From Octopus sinensis (Eukaryota): a DNA stretch of 64,000 bases. The translations under genes were made by a program, and so were the position numbers. Below, piece after piece: positions 12,239 to 23,885 of the stretch (position 1 is the stretch's first letter; each line of letters starts with the position of its first letter). The notes below the pieces were generated by a model, which had not been told where the DNA came from, ran no database searches, and saw nothing but the letters and a program-made list of their open reading frames with translations. The stretch spans positions 83,328,001 to 83,392,000 of the forward strand of contig NC_043001.1 in the NCBI RefSeq assembly GCF_006345805.1, given 5' to 3'.

Positions 12239-13273
12239 ATGACCTACACATATTTATTTTGGTTGGGAATTGTTCTGCCAACCACCATAACGGTTTTATT
12301 GTTTATTTTATTTCTAGTCTGCTGGTTCAAGTATAATCTACGAGAAAAATTTACTAAAAAAAAACACGATCCACACCGAGTCAACCAAAATCACTCACGC
12401 TCGACCAAACCGCCAACTGGCTTGCCTCCGCCGCCACCAGTTCAGTATAATAGGTCACGCCCGAATGATCAGAGAGACGATAGGTTACCAGCGCGCATAA
12501 TTTACTCTACTTATCATGACAGTGGTATGTCAGAACTGCATGAAATACATTATAAATTCGACAGACCAGTTTCTCAGGCTTCTACCGATTCTGAAGATTC
12601 CGGCTTCCGAAGTTCGAAATCAGCTCATTACTTGCCGAACAGGTTGTCTGAACACAGCTTTCCGCAGGACATTCCATTACTAAAACCCGTTAGTGCGAAC
12701 ATGCAACATGCGCAGAGAAATCTGGCGCTAAATACCAGTGATTCACCGCGAGGTGGGCCGTCATTTTGGGCTGGGACATCAAGTTTCGGTCAATCTTCAT
12801 CGTCGTCATCGTCATCAAACAATAACAACAACAACAATAATAATAATAATAACAAGAACAATAACAACAACAATAATAGCAATAAACTGCCAACTTCTGT
12901 ATCGGCATCGTCCAATATCGCTGCAGACGAACAGCAACAGCAGCCCCATTCGCTAGCGCTACAAAATGTACATCAAGAGGAACGGAGAGGTCCGCATTCA
13001 AACCATCACCATCATCACCATCATCACCATCACCACCACCACCGTTCTCTACCGCAGAGTCCATTGGCAGACATTTCGGAAAATATGCCAGTCACTCGGC
13101 CCATTCCTTCATCCCAATCCACTCCTCTGCCTTATCCACAGTGGCGGACAGACGCACGTTTGTCTCCAACGCTCCCCAGGGAGGCGAAAAGTCAACAAAC
13201 AGTTATCGCCCTTGTACATAGTCCTAGCCAACAATCAGAAATGAACGGACAGCTATCTTATGCTATGGTTTAA
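12239..13273 (+). CDS. Intronless 344-aa single-pass membrane protein of unknown family (very short N-terminus, one TM helix, long low-complexity cytoplasmic tail)
   Basis: Longest ORF in the window and mostly non-repetitive. ATG start with an in-frame TAA 30 nt upstream. Hydrophobic LFWLGIVLPTTITVLLFILFLVCWF is followed by basic KYNLREKFTKKK (positive-inside rule). Tail has a Pro-rich run, DSGMS and DSGFRS motifs, poly-S/N/Q/H tracts, and ends in LSYAMV. An AG immediately before the ATG, with a CTAAC about 30 nt upstream, means it could instead be a terminal exon. Confidence 0.8.
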   Translation: MTYTYLFWLGIVLPTTITVLLFILFLVCWFKYNLREKFTKKKHDPHRVNQNHSRSTKPPTGLPPPPPVQYNRSRPNDQRDDRLPARIIYSTYHDSGMSELHEIHYKFDRPVSQASTDSEDSGFRSSKSAHYLPNRLSEHSFPQDIPLLKPVSANMQHAQRNLALNTSDSPRGGPSFWAGTSSFGQSSSSSSSSNNNNNNNNNNNNKNNNNNNNSNKLPTSVSASSNIAADEQQQQPHSLALQNVHQEERRGPHSNHHHHHHHHHHHHHRSLPQSPLADISENMPVTRPIPSSQSTPLPYPQWRTDARLSPTLPREAKSQQTVIALVHSPSQQSEMNGQLSYAMV

Positions 13274-13696
13274 CACCTGGTCACTATATAACACAGACAC
13301 AACACACACACACGTATACACATAAATATATACACATATACTGTTGTGTGTCGATATTTACGTTACAGGTACCCTCATATGTATACAAACAGTTTTACTG
13401 TATGTTATACGTGTCTACAAACACTTAGCATGTATACACACGCATCTGCAAGAGTTCCAGCTGTATACATGCAGTTACAACAGTTTCAGACGTTTACACG
13501 TGTCTCCAAGAGTTCCGGGTGTATAAATGCATTTACAAAGATTTTAGGTCTGTGCAGGTGTATTTACCAAAACTCCAGATGTTTACACATGCATTTACGA
13601 AACTTCCAGACGTACTCAAGCATTTAAATATTCAGTTCAATTTACAGACAGCCATGATGTCTACACATACTTACATATTTTCAAGTTGTATGCTGG

Positions 13697-13758
<62 letters not shown>

Positions 13759-14010
13759 AATGTATACTCTCTTCTAAATATGTTCGAATCTATACATATT
13801 TTAATAGACGTTGCTCTGTACACAGAATTTTAAAATGTTCCAATGTATTGTATATACACTTTAATGAATGATCCAATACATACACACTTTTATAGATCTT
13901 CCTGCGTATGCACTCATGCACAGAGATTCTTCAAGTTCAAAAAGCTTTTTCCAGGTTTTCCTAAACGAAGCCAATCGAAGACGCATATAAGTACATTTGC
14001 GATCGTAGAA

Positions 14011-14055
<45 letters not shown>

Positions 14056-15624
14056 TTCTGGAGGTATGTAACCATGATAAAATGTAAACACACATTTAAC
14101 ATGTGTACAAGTTTTATATATACATTCAGAAATATGTACATGTGTATACATGGGTCGGGTCTTTAAAATTATATATTTTGGACATATACATACTGAAGTG
14201 TATAAATACACAAATGTGGAGAAGTATCAAAGCATAAGTCCATACGATGGACACATGGGTATAAGTCTGGCGGAGTCGGTGGACCATCAAACAAGATGTC
14301 TGTCGATATTTGGTAACGTTGCTTAATGTTCTGATTTAAAATCCCACCCAGTATAAACTTTGCCTTTCTTTCTTTAGGGGGCCAATCATTGGATATGAGA
14401 CGTTTTGGTAAAGCCGTTTTGGCGCGATTTATTTGGCATCGCTGATTCGATGCTGATTTATTTGACATCAGACGTTTTACTGTTTCCTTCTTTCTCTCTC
14501 TCTCTCTCTCTCTCTCTTCCTCTGCTTATGTGTGTCGGCATATTTCTCTTTATGCGTGTGAGGAAAGGGAGAATGGTAAGACCAAACGTGTTCAATTAAT
14601 AAATTGTAATATCTTCCCCCATCTCTCTCTCTCTCACTCTTATTATCTGTATGTGTAGATTTTTGTGTGCACGCGTGTGTTTGCTTCAAGCGCCAAAATG
14701 TGCTGTCGCCAAAACAGGCTGAATGTTCAGTTAGCCGTGCCAAATTGCCAGCGTCCAAAAAAGCTGCACCGAATCGTCTCATTCTGCAATTCGCTAAGTA
14801 CAACAATACGAAGTAGTGAGGTTGATATAATCTACTTAACCTTTGAATTCGTTGCCCCAGCATGGCAGGAGTCTAAAAATTGAAAGCCAGTAACGAACAT
14901 AATATACAAACAGATAATCCAATTGTGCACATGCACACACACACACATACAACACTCGCATGCAGTTAAGTTTATCCACCTTAAAACACACGTGTTTATG
15001 GAAGATATTAACAAACTATATCACCCTCACCATTGGCTGGCCTCATACGATTATCTCATATTACCATATATGGTAAAGCCACAAAATCAAATATGGCGGA
15101 AGCCAGGACATATAAAGTGATTCATCAACAGATTGGTGCTCAACGTATGACAGTGTATATAGATATACATAAATATTTCAATAATTTTTCACCGACTATG
15201 TGTTATGTTTTTTACTTTTTCATTCTCGTTGTTGACATTGTTGTTGCTTGTACGTATGTCCTTGTATGTGAGATATGAGTATGGACCTATGTTTCAGAAG
15301 TTCTTTTTATAATAACGTGGTCTCGGGTTCGATTCCCCTTTGCAGCATCTCAGACATCAGAAGACTTGAGGCGACCTAAGGGTTAAAGTTAAACTGTACA
15401 AACAGAGGTGTTCGGAAATTCATCCGATGGACGAAATTTAATTAATCACACAGTTTCACAACCACATGATCATTTTTCTCTCGCGCACCACGGCAAATTC
15501 TACCCCACCCTCAAAAATATTGGTACCCAAGCATAAAAGAACAAAGTGTATATCATGACTGTGTGTGTGTGTGTGTGTGTATGTGTGTGTACATGTGTAT
15601 TAAGTTTTTACAAGGAAACGGTTG

Positions 15625-15668
15625 ATTGTGCCTTCAAAGTTTCGGTTTACTTGCCGTCATCAGACTGT
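15625..15668 (-). ncRNA. Hammerhead ribozyme motif (family B, copy 1, 97 bp from copy 2)
   Basis: ACAGU-CUGAUGA-CGGCAAGUAAACC-GAAA-CUU-UG-AAG-GC-ACAAU. U16.1 is mutated to G. Confidence 0.55.
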
Positions 15669-15721
15669 GTGCGTGCGTATGTATATTATATATATATATA
15701 TTTTACAAGGAAATAAGGTTG

Positions 15722-15765
15722 ACTGTGACTTCAAAGTTTCGGCTTACTTCCCGTCATCAGACTGT
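15722..15765 (-). ncRNA. Hammerhead ribozyme motif (family B, copy 2)
   Basis: Minus strand reads ACAGU-CUGAUGA-C-GG-GAAGUAAG-CC-GAAA-CUU-UG-AAG-UC-ACAGU. Intact core, GUC site, one A.A mismatch in stem I. Confidence 0.65.
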
Positions 15766-16247
15766 ATTTTTATGTGTGTGTGAAGCACTGGTGCACAACT
15801 TTTCCACAAAATTCTCAAGAAAATATTAATGGACCACCAAACATCAATTATTGCAGTTAAAAAAAATTTAACTGCCTTATGCAACACGAATATATTTTTG
15901 ATGAATAAATTAATCAGATACACTATACAATGTAAATTTACTTGATTTTTATGTATAGGGACTTCATTGGTTTTATGAAACTCACCGTAGACCACCAAAA
16001 CCTTGATATGGATCACTAGCGGTCCACTTGAGTCACGCTGCGCATTACTGATGCAGAATATATGTAATGTAGGTGCAGGCATGGTCCTATAGTATGAAGC
16101 TTGTTTCCCAATAATATGGTTCCGTGGCACCTTGGACAAGTGTTTGCAGGTATACCCTCGGGCCGACCAAAGCCCTGAGAGTGGATTTGGTAGACGGAAA
16201 CTGAAAGAAGCTCGTCGTATATATAAATATATATAGCAATGTAACTA

Positions 16248-16420
16248 TACACGTGCTGTTGCCGATTTTTTTCCTTCTTTGGACTTTATCCTTTACAACA
16301 AAGAGCTGTGCTCGAAACATCAAAATCTCTTTTTTTTTTACCGAACATCGAACTAATACATTTCTTGCGCACATCCTCTTGCTGTCTATTAATTTTATTC
16401 GTTTATTTGAATTGATGGTG
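16248..16420 (+). mobile_element. Family C short element, degenerate; the Helitron inserted into its TA tail
   Basis: GTTGCCGATTTTTTCCTTC...AAAGAGCTGTGCTCGAAACATCAAAA. Confidence 0.55.
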
Positions 16421-16428
16421 TATATATA

Positions 16429-18892
16429 TCTCTCTATATATAAAAGGCAGTTTGTCTGTCTGTGTGTCTGTCAGGTTGTACCCTCGCCCTGACCACAGCT
16501 TTCAACCGATTCTGATGGAACTTGACACACACATAGCCCAATGTCATAATTCAAAACTAACGCAGCGAAAATTTTGAAAAGTTTCCCCCAGTTCTGAAAA
16601 CATCGATAAATTCGACATGGGGTCTAGAATCTAAGCTTATCATATGCAACACATTTTCCGTTGTAGCTTTCGCAACTTGCAATCGATTTTCCCCAAACTC
16701 ATGGTGAAGCTTAATGTTATCCCAAGGAACTTAATTCTGACATTAGTTTTCCATGCAATACCTTACCATCAGAAAAAATCGATAAAATCATGCCACTTTG
16801 GGAAATTGCGTTCAAATTCAAGATGACATATTTTCGACAATATCTTTAACAAATTGGCAGGATCTGTTTTTGAAATTTCACAGCGAGAATCATGTCTGCT
16901 CCAAGGAGCTATATGGCCCTTTTGATTCCAATAGGATACGTTATTACTGGAAAAAAATCGGTTAATTACATCATATGTGGCACACATATCAAACCGATTT
17001 TTCTGCGATATTTTTTGAAAGTTCACATAGATTTTCCCTACACCGATGTTGGACATCACGTTTGCATTAAATGTCAAACTAACGACCTTTTGTCAATGCA
17101 GTTAACAAGTATTGGGAGAGATCGACAAAACCATATCACTTTGAGACCGACCATGCGAACCCAACAAAACTGACTTTTGTTAAATAGCTAGCGGATTTCA
17201 GGCGATTTAGTCGATTTTTGCCGCTTTTATCATAAAGGTTACTAGAAATGGCATGTTTTCCTTTTGCTTCAAATCCGAGCAATGTTGGGCTGTAGATGCG
17301 TTTGCGGTTGTGTGCGCGCGTATACTTGACACGATGATTGCTGCTCTTCCCATTGGCTCCCCAAACGGTGAACAATGCTCTCAATTAAACACCCTTTGGC
17401 CAATCACATGCACTGACACACTCAGTTGTGCGCGTATAGTTTGTGACTCCCACTTCTCTCGGTTCACACCCGCAGGCTTCACACGTTGGCCTACTTCTGC
17501 TAATCGCTGCTGCAGCCGCAAGTTATTCGAATACTTTTTTTGTTTAAATTTTCTTTATAACTACCACCCCAAACATTTTACCTTAAATTTTTGACGTACC
17601 CTAAGGGTCCCCGGACGCTACTTGCAAACTCTTGGTTTATTATAAGCTGCTTTTGTCGTGTGCACCAAAAAACCTTTTCCATTCGGTTGTTCAGTTTGGT
17701 CACTTTTCGCATTTTCGTTGTTGTCACTCACATTGCTGCTCGCTTTTTTTCCGTTTTTGTACATTTTTGTACATTTTTATACATTTTGGGATATGGCCCG
17801 ATCTGCCGAAACACCACAACTGAGGAGAGCTCGCCAAGCTGCTGATGCCGCAAACACAGTCATGGCTCGATCTGCCGAAACACCACAACAGAGGAGAGCT
17901 CGCCAAGCTGCTGACGCCGCAAACACAGCCATAGCTCGATCTGCCGAAACTCCAGACCAACGAACTATTCGGACACCCAGAGATGCCATTAACACTGCTT
18001 CTGCTAGGGCTTCAGAGAGTGCTGAGGCGAGAGCTGGAAGGCTTTCAAGGGATGTCACTGCTACCGCTGTCGCACGCGCATGTAAATCTGCTGAGGCACG
18101 GCGCACTCGATTTAAGAGTATCAACCAACGTCGGGATATCATTCGTGGTGTACGTACCCCTGCCCCCGCTTTCTGGTCGTCACTAGCATTCAACTACGAC
18201 GCCACAATTAACTTCTCCTTGCGTGACGACATCAAGATAGGGTCAATGACAATTGTATGCCAGTTTTGCAAAGCCAAGAAATGGCCCGGAGAGCCACCTG
18301 GTTTGTGCTGCTCTAGTGGCAAAGTGGACCTGCCACCCCTACGGGAACCACCTCAACCACTGAAGGATCTCGCGGCGGGTTTAACCCCCGAATCGTCACA
18401 ATTCCTTGAAATCATTCGAAAGTACAACTGCTCATTCTAAATGACCTCTTTCGGGGCTAAAATTCCTCCTAGAGAAGGGTGGATGCCTACTTTCAAAGGA
18501 CTAGATCGGGATTAGTCGTTGCCTACTAGAGGCTCCCGAGCCCCCTTTCGCTAGACTTAAGTTAGGATTAGGTAGGGCTTAGCTTGAGTTCGGGGGGGCG
18601 GTGTCAAAAGGGCCGGCATGTGCAACCTTATCACCTCTGCCTGTCAAACTCCCAACCCATGCGTTCCCGTCGCGACACTGAACCCGCAGAACTGGGTTGG
18701 GTGTGCTAAACAAAACCAGAAAATGCATTTTGACTGTCAGATTTTCTTCATGCATGCAAGGTGCCTTGAATGCCTTAATGCCTTTTAGGCTTCATTTTAC
18801 AAAATAACGGTTCAATGAGTACAAAAAAGGGTAAAAAGGTAAAGGGCATTGCTTATCGACAAAGTTTCTTACATACCCGGGCTATGCTGCTA

Positions 18893-18893
<1 letters not shown>
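16429..18893 (+). mobile_element. Internally deleted non-autonomous Helitron (about 2.46 kb)
   Basis: 5' end A|TCTCTCTATATATAAAAGG. 3' subterminal near-palindrome CATACCCGGGCTATG, then CTAG|T. Inserted between A and T in a (TA)n tract with no TSD. Contains the Rep N-terminal coding region. Confidence 0.9.
17793..18497 (+). pseudogene. Helitron Rep/helicase N-terminal fragment (23-aa STPR-like repeats plus Cys-rich motif), with a nonsense mutation and truncation
   Basis: 23-aa repeats MARSAETPQ.RRARQAADAANT., then CQFCKAKKWPGEPPGLCCSSGKVDLPPL and IRKYNCSF*MTSFGAK...PTFK. The TAA at 18438 stands where the conserved FQMTSFG motif has Gln. Homology stops at about 18498. Confidence 0.88.
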
Positions 18894-18936
<43 letters not shown>

Positions 18937-18940
<4 letters not shown>

Positions 18941-19225
18941 ACAATCAAGGAACGGCCATAATAGGCCATTCACCCACTAGAAATAACAGCCAAAGCTTCA
19001 ACCGCAAATAAAAGTCAATTCCGTAAACAGGAGAAAATTTAAAAAACATTTACCCTGTAATTTCTTATACGATGCACCGAAACGGTGCATCGTATAAGAA
19101 ATTACAGGGTAAATGTTTTTTAAATTTTCTCCTGTTTACGGAATTGACTTTTATTTGCGGTTGAAGCTTTGGCTGTTATTTCTAGTGGGTGAATGGCCTA
19201 TTATGGCCGTTCCTTGATTGTTGAT
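18937..19225. repeat. Perfect 143-bp-arm palindrome with a 3-nt loop
   Basis: 18937-19079 is the exact reverse complement of 19083-19225, with loop AAA. Confidence 0.95.
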
Positions 19226-19325
19226 GTTGAACTTAAAAATGGTCTATGACTATTTAATTTTTTCCCACTAGGCGCTGGTGGCAAGAAAATTCTACAAAAT
19301 TTTTTTTGCCACCCTATATTGATTA

Positions 19326-19610
19326 ATATATATATATATATATATATATATAGATATATATAGATATATATATATATATATATATATATAGATATATATA
19401 GATATATATATAGATATATATATATATATATAGATAATATATATATATAATATATATATAGATATATATATAGATATATATATAGATATATATAGATATA
19501 TATATATATATATATATATAGATATATATATATATATATAGATATATATATTATATATATATATATATATAGATATATTATATATATATATATATATATA
19601 TAGATATATG
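19326..19610. repeat. Compound (TA)n/(TAGA) microsatellite (one of dozens)
   Basis: Direct inspection. Similar tracts at about 25830-25995, 32640-32910, 37980-38240, 39870-40100, 42540-42770 and 51050-51420. Confidence 0.98.
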
Positions 19611-20094
19611 TTAGTTTGAAATTAACACATTTGCACAAACAAGATATATCTTTATATATTAATTGATATAATTGTTTCACCCTGCTTAAGCTCGTATAAT
19701 ATTGACATCTACTTACATTGTGTAATAGTATTTATTTGTCACTGAAATAGCAGGATTATTAAATACTGTCAAATTTTGATATATCGGGATAAAAAGACTT
19801 GCAATCTTATTAGAAATAAATACACGTGATGGATTGTCTGAACTCTTAGTGTATTCAAATATCTAGTAATTTACTCGTTAATTCAATTATGTCACGTGTA
19901 TATATTTCTAATAAGAATACTTTATCTTGGAGCGTAAGACCTGGACGTGAGACATATGAAAGCTAGGTGGAAGATGAACAAGAGGTGGGGGTCTGGATTA
20001 TTTTTCAACGTCATGAAACAATAGCTAACGGCCTGTCGATAGACTTAAATGGAAGCAGATTTCAGAAGTAAAAGGTATTCCAGAAATAAAAGAG

Positions 20095-20475
20095 TAAAAG
20101 ATAAGACGAATCTTATCTTATTTCAGTCATTAGACTGCGGCCATGCTGGAGCACCGCCTTGAAGGTCTCTTTTTTTTAGTCAAGCAAAACGACCCCAGAA
20201 CTTTGTTTTAATGTCTAGTACTTATTCTATCCGTCTCTTTTGCCGAACCGCTAAGTTATGGGGACGTAAATACAAACAGCGTTTGTCAAGTGGAGGTAGG
20301 AGAGAAATACAAACACACACATATATACGACGGACTTCTTTCAGTTTCCGTCAACCAAATCAACTGACAAGGTTTTGGCCAGTCCGAGGCTATAGTAAAA
20401 GATACTTACCCAAGGTGTCACGCGATAGGACTGAACCCGGAATGATGCGGTAGGGAAGCAAGCTTCTTACCGCAG
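20095..20475 (-). mobile_element. Family-B SINE, full length
   Basis: Reverse complement of the 9826 architecture. Confidence 0.88.
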
Positions 20476-20984
20476 AACGAATAACTTCATCGTTGTTTTA
20501 ATGTCTACTGTTTCATACTTGCATGGTTCATAACAAAATTCCTTGATGCAGATTTTTTATGCGACCGCATGCTTTTCTTGTTGCTAATATTCACGCGTTT
20601 CCAAGCAAGGTAATATTTTCCCATAGCTGCACGATTTTACAAATGACTACACATGAAGACACCGAATGTATGACGGTGATGTACGTTTACAACTGTTGTG
20701 CCATTAGACATACACGTATATATATACATATGTGTGTGCGTGTGTAAAACTATTGTAGACTTACAAAGATGTCAAGTTTACCTATTTCTTTGAACACTGA
20801 AAAAAATTATAAACAATCTTAATCGCTTTTGACCCCTATTAATTTTTCATCACTTAATCAAATCCACAAAAACGAGTAGCTTTTCTGTTTGTGTGCACAC
20901 ATAGAATCTAGTAGCTACAGAGTATTGGAGGTACTAATTTGCATATCATCAGTGTTTTATATATATAAATTTAATTAGTGGGTA

Positions 20985-21501
20985 CCGTAAATCCTCGAGT
21001 ATAATCCGCATTTTTTTCCAAAAATTTAAAGGTCAAAATCCCTAGTGCGTACTATATACGAGGTAAAAAATGGAAAATATTTTCTAAGCAATGTCCGAAT
21101 TTCTATTTGCTGTCCGGCAATGTTTATTCAGACGCATTTTGTGATGTCGGGCGCGATATTTAGCTAAGCCTGAAAGCAATGAAGTCATAAAAGAATCATC
21201 TATAACTTGCAGTAAGCAACATTTATTAAATTAAAAGTATTCAGAACACAGAATAACATATAACAAAAACAATTTGCAAACATATTTACATTCCCCTATA
21301 ACAATTAAGAGCGTCACCATTATTGTATTACGCATGCGCGGAAGTGTTTGTTCGACTAGGCGCTGCTGGCTTAATTACGCACGACTCAAGTTAGAAAAGG
21401 GGTGCGTATTATACACAAGGTTTGGGTTTTTCAGAGGTACAGCCCCGTAAAAATCCCCTGCGTATTATACTCCAGGGTGGACTATACTCGAAGATTTACG
21501 G
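20985..21501. mobile_element. pogo/Tigger-type MITE, TA TSD
   Basis: TIR CCGTAAATCCTCGAGTATA / TATACTCGAAGATTTACGG flanked by TA. A second copy lies at 41323-41822. Confidence 0.85.
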
Positions 21502-21919
21502 TATGTTAACCTCATGAAGGGATGGTTGCATCCAAGGAAATCTGGTTCAATACCTAGTATTTTGGGAGAATTAAATTCCCTTAAAACAATAGGTATATAT
21601 AAAGCATATAGTTTATGTCCATTTAAAAGAAGAAAGGAAACTGGAGATTAGGAAGTTAATTGTTTATTAACAGCAAATTGGTCATCTTCGCTTCTATAGC
21701 TGTTTCAATAAATATCCAATAAATTAATTACATCAGCTTTACATCACATTTACATTTATGTGACGTGTGTATAATTTCATCAGTAGAAAAAAAGATGTAC
21801 CTTTGGGCTTATCAATTCATTTCAGCAGACTCAGAAGTGAAGATGACCAATTTGTTGTTAATGATAAACAATTATCAACTTCTTTGTCTCCATTTTCTTT
21901 TCTTCCTTTGTGTGTGTTC

Positions 21920-22205
21920 AGGCGTGGCTGTGTGGTAAGAAGTTTGCTTCCCAACCACATAGTTTCGGGTTCAGTCCCCTGCGTCATACCTTGGACAAAG
22001 TGTCTTCTACTATAGCTTCGGTCCTGGCCAATGTCTCGTGAGTGGATTTAGTAGACAACAAACTGAAAGAAGTCCATCATTTATATTTATGTGTGTGTGG
22101 CTTGACAACCGCTGTTGATGTGTTTACGTCCCCGTAAACTAAAGCTCCTCAAGGCGGTATTCCAGAATGGCCACAGTCAAAATGACTGAAACAAGTAAAA
22201 GAATA
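21920..22205 (+). mobile_element. Family-B SINE
   Basis: Head, partial middle and tail. Confidence 0.82.
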
Positions 22206-22292
22206 AAACAAAAAGGAAGGAGAGACAGACCAATACAAATTGTGAAGCTTTACATTGGTCACTTCGATGGTCTGATATGTGTTGTACGCGCA

Positions 22293-22420
22293 AGGCGGCG
22301 AGCTAGCTGAATCGTTAGCACGCTGGACGAAATGCTTAGGGGCATTTCGCCTTTCGCTATGTTCTGAGTACAAATTCCGCCGAGGTCGACTTCGCCTTTT
22401 ATCCTTTCGGGATCGATAAA
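22293..22420 (+). mobile_element. Family-A SINE, 3'-truncated against a minus-strand family-B copy
   Basis: The head and central domain are present, then the sequence switches to family-B sequence. Confidence 0.8.
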
Positions 22421-22504
22421 AACACTAACTTCAGTTTTCAACCGATGGTGGGTGGGGGACACAGACAAACAAACATATATATATGCGTATATATATATAT
22501 AGAT

Positions 22505-22551
<47 letters not shown>

Positions 22552-23386
22552 CGACGGCCTTCTTTCAGTTTCCGTCTACCAAATCCACTCACAAGGCTTT
22601 GGTAGGTTCGAGGCTATTGTAGAAGACACTTGTCCAAGGTGCCCCGCAGTGGAACTGAACCTCGAACAATGTGGTTGGTTAGGAAGGAGGCTTCTTATCA
22701 CACAGCAAATCCTGCCCCTAGATTTTTAACATATGATAGTCCTTCTTAAAAAAAAATTATCTATTTCGTCCTTTGGAAGGATTATTACATCAAGACACAT
22801 GTTGAATTCAAGTGTTTGTTGTTCAAATAAGTGGGTTAATTACGTCGGTGTTACTTATGTTGCTATTGCCTTCAGCTCAGCTCTGTTGCTGTTTTAATAT
22901 TATTTCTGTTGTCGTTTAGCTCCTGACTGAACATAGATCGCAGGTCAAGTAGGCATTCCAGCAGCGACCATTCTCTCTTCTTGGGAATACTTAGAAATAC
23001 ATATCTTCCACTGAGCCTTGTAGGAGAATAAGCTTCATTTCTCTGTCAGGTTGAGGCTTGCTCTGCAGATCGTTTTCACATAGCAAAACTAAATAGGAAA
23101 AAATTAGTGGACAACATATTTATACTCGACAGAATTATTCACATTGATAGACTACTGATGACAGAAGCAATACTCAAAGCAGAAAAACAAAGCTCCTGTC
23201 ACAAACATAAAAAAAACAACATATAACTGATCTTGCATAGATGTCACAGCAAAAATTCAAATCTATCTGGCCATAATGTCTACACTAATCGCATTGACTC
23301 CTTACAACAACACTTCATGCAGAATATGAGACTATGAAGGCGACTGTTGAGAACGCCTATGAGATTATTATTGTTCCAAACAACAA

Positions 23387-23570
23387 AGGCGGCGAGTTGG
23401 CAAAATGCTTGACGCTATTTCGCCCGTTGCTACGTTCTGAGTCCAAATCCGCCGAGGTCTACTTTGCCTTTCATCCTTTCGGGGTCGATAAAATGAGTTC
23501 TAGTTGAGCACTGGAGTCGATGAAATCGACTTAATCTCCTCTCCTTGTGCCTATAGTAGAAAGAATTGCT
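23387..23570 (+). mobile_element. Family-A SINE
   Basis: Same head, central domain and GTGCCTATAGTAGAAAG tail. Confidence 0.85.
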
Positions 23571-23785
23571 GTTCCAAAGAAATCAAAAACAAAAGCCTTA
23601 GTAAAGAAAAAAAAATAGGAAACACTGGCAATTAATCTTTCAAATACTTGATCTCATAGAGCCGGTTGCTCTGTTTCCATACTTTTATTCTTTTACTTGT
23701 TTCAGTCATTTGACTGCGGCCATGCTGGAGCACCGCCTTAGAAGGTTTTGGACTTATTTTCTAAGCCTGGTACTTATTCTATCGG

Positions 23786-23885
23786 NNNNNNNNNNNNNNN
23801 NNNNNNNNNNNNNNNNNNNNNNNNNNNNNNNNNNNNNNNNNNNNNNNNNNNNNNNNNNNNNNNNNNNNNNNNNNNNNNNNNNNNN
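23786..23885. other. Assembly gap (100 N)
   Basis: A run of exactly 100 N that interrupts a family-B SINE tail. Confidence 1.

Noticed and set aside
12591-12625. CTGAAGA...GAAA inside the CDS
   Set aside because: No closing stems; explained by the codons for SEDSGFRSSK.
12690-13244. Alternative-frame and antisense ORFs over the TM gene
   Set aside because: Shadow frames of the trinucleotide tracts in the real CDS.
17724-18193. Minus-strand ORFs over the Helitron repeats
   Set aside because: Antisense shadows of the 69-bp repeats.
19201-19680. Long ORFs rich in YI/IY, CV, HT, LS or poly-I/L/Y (this one and dozens more)
   Set aside because: Translations of (TA)n, (CA)n, (TCTA)n and (TAA)n microsatellites, which lack stop codons in some frames.
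23090-23385. Possible ancient RT fragment
   Set aside because: Multiple stops and only a faint resemblance; cannot be assigned without a profile search.
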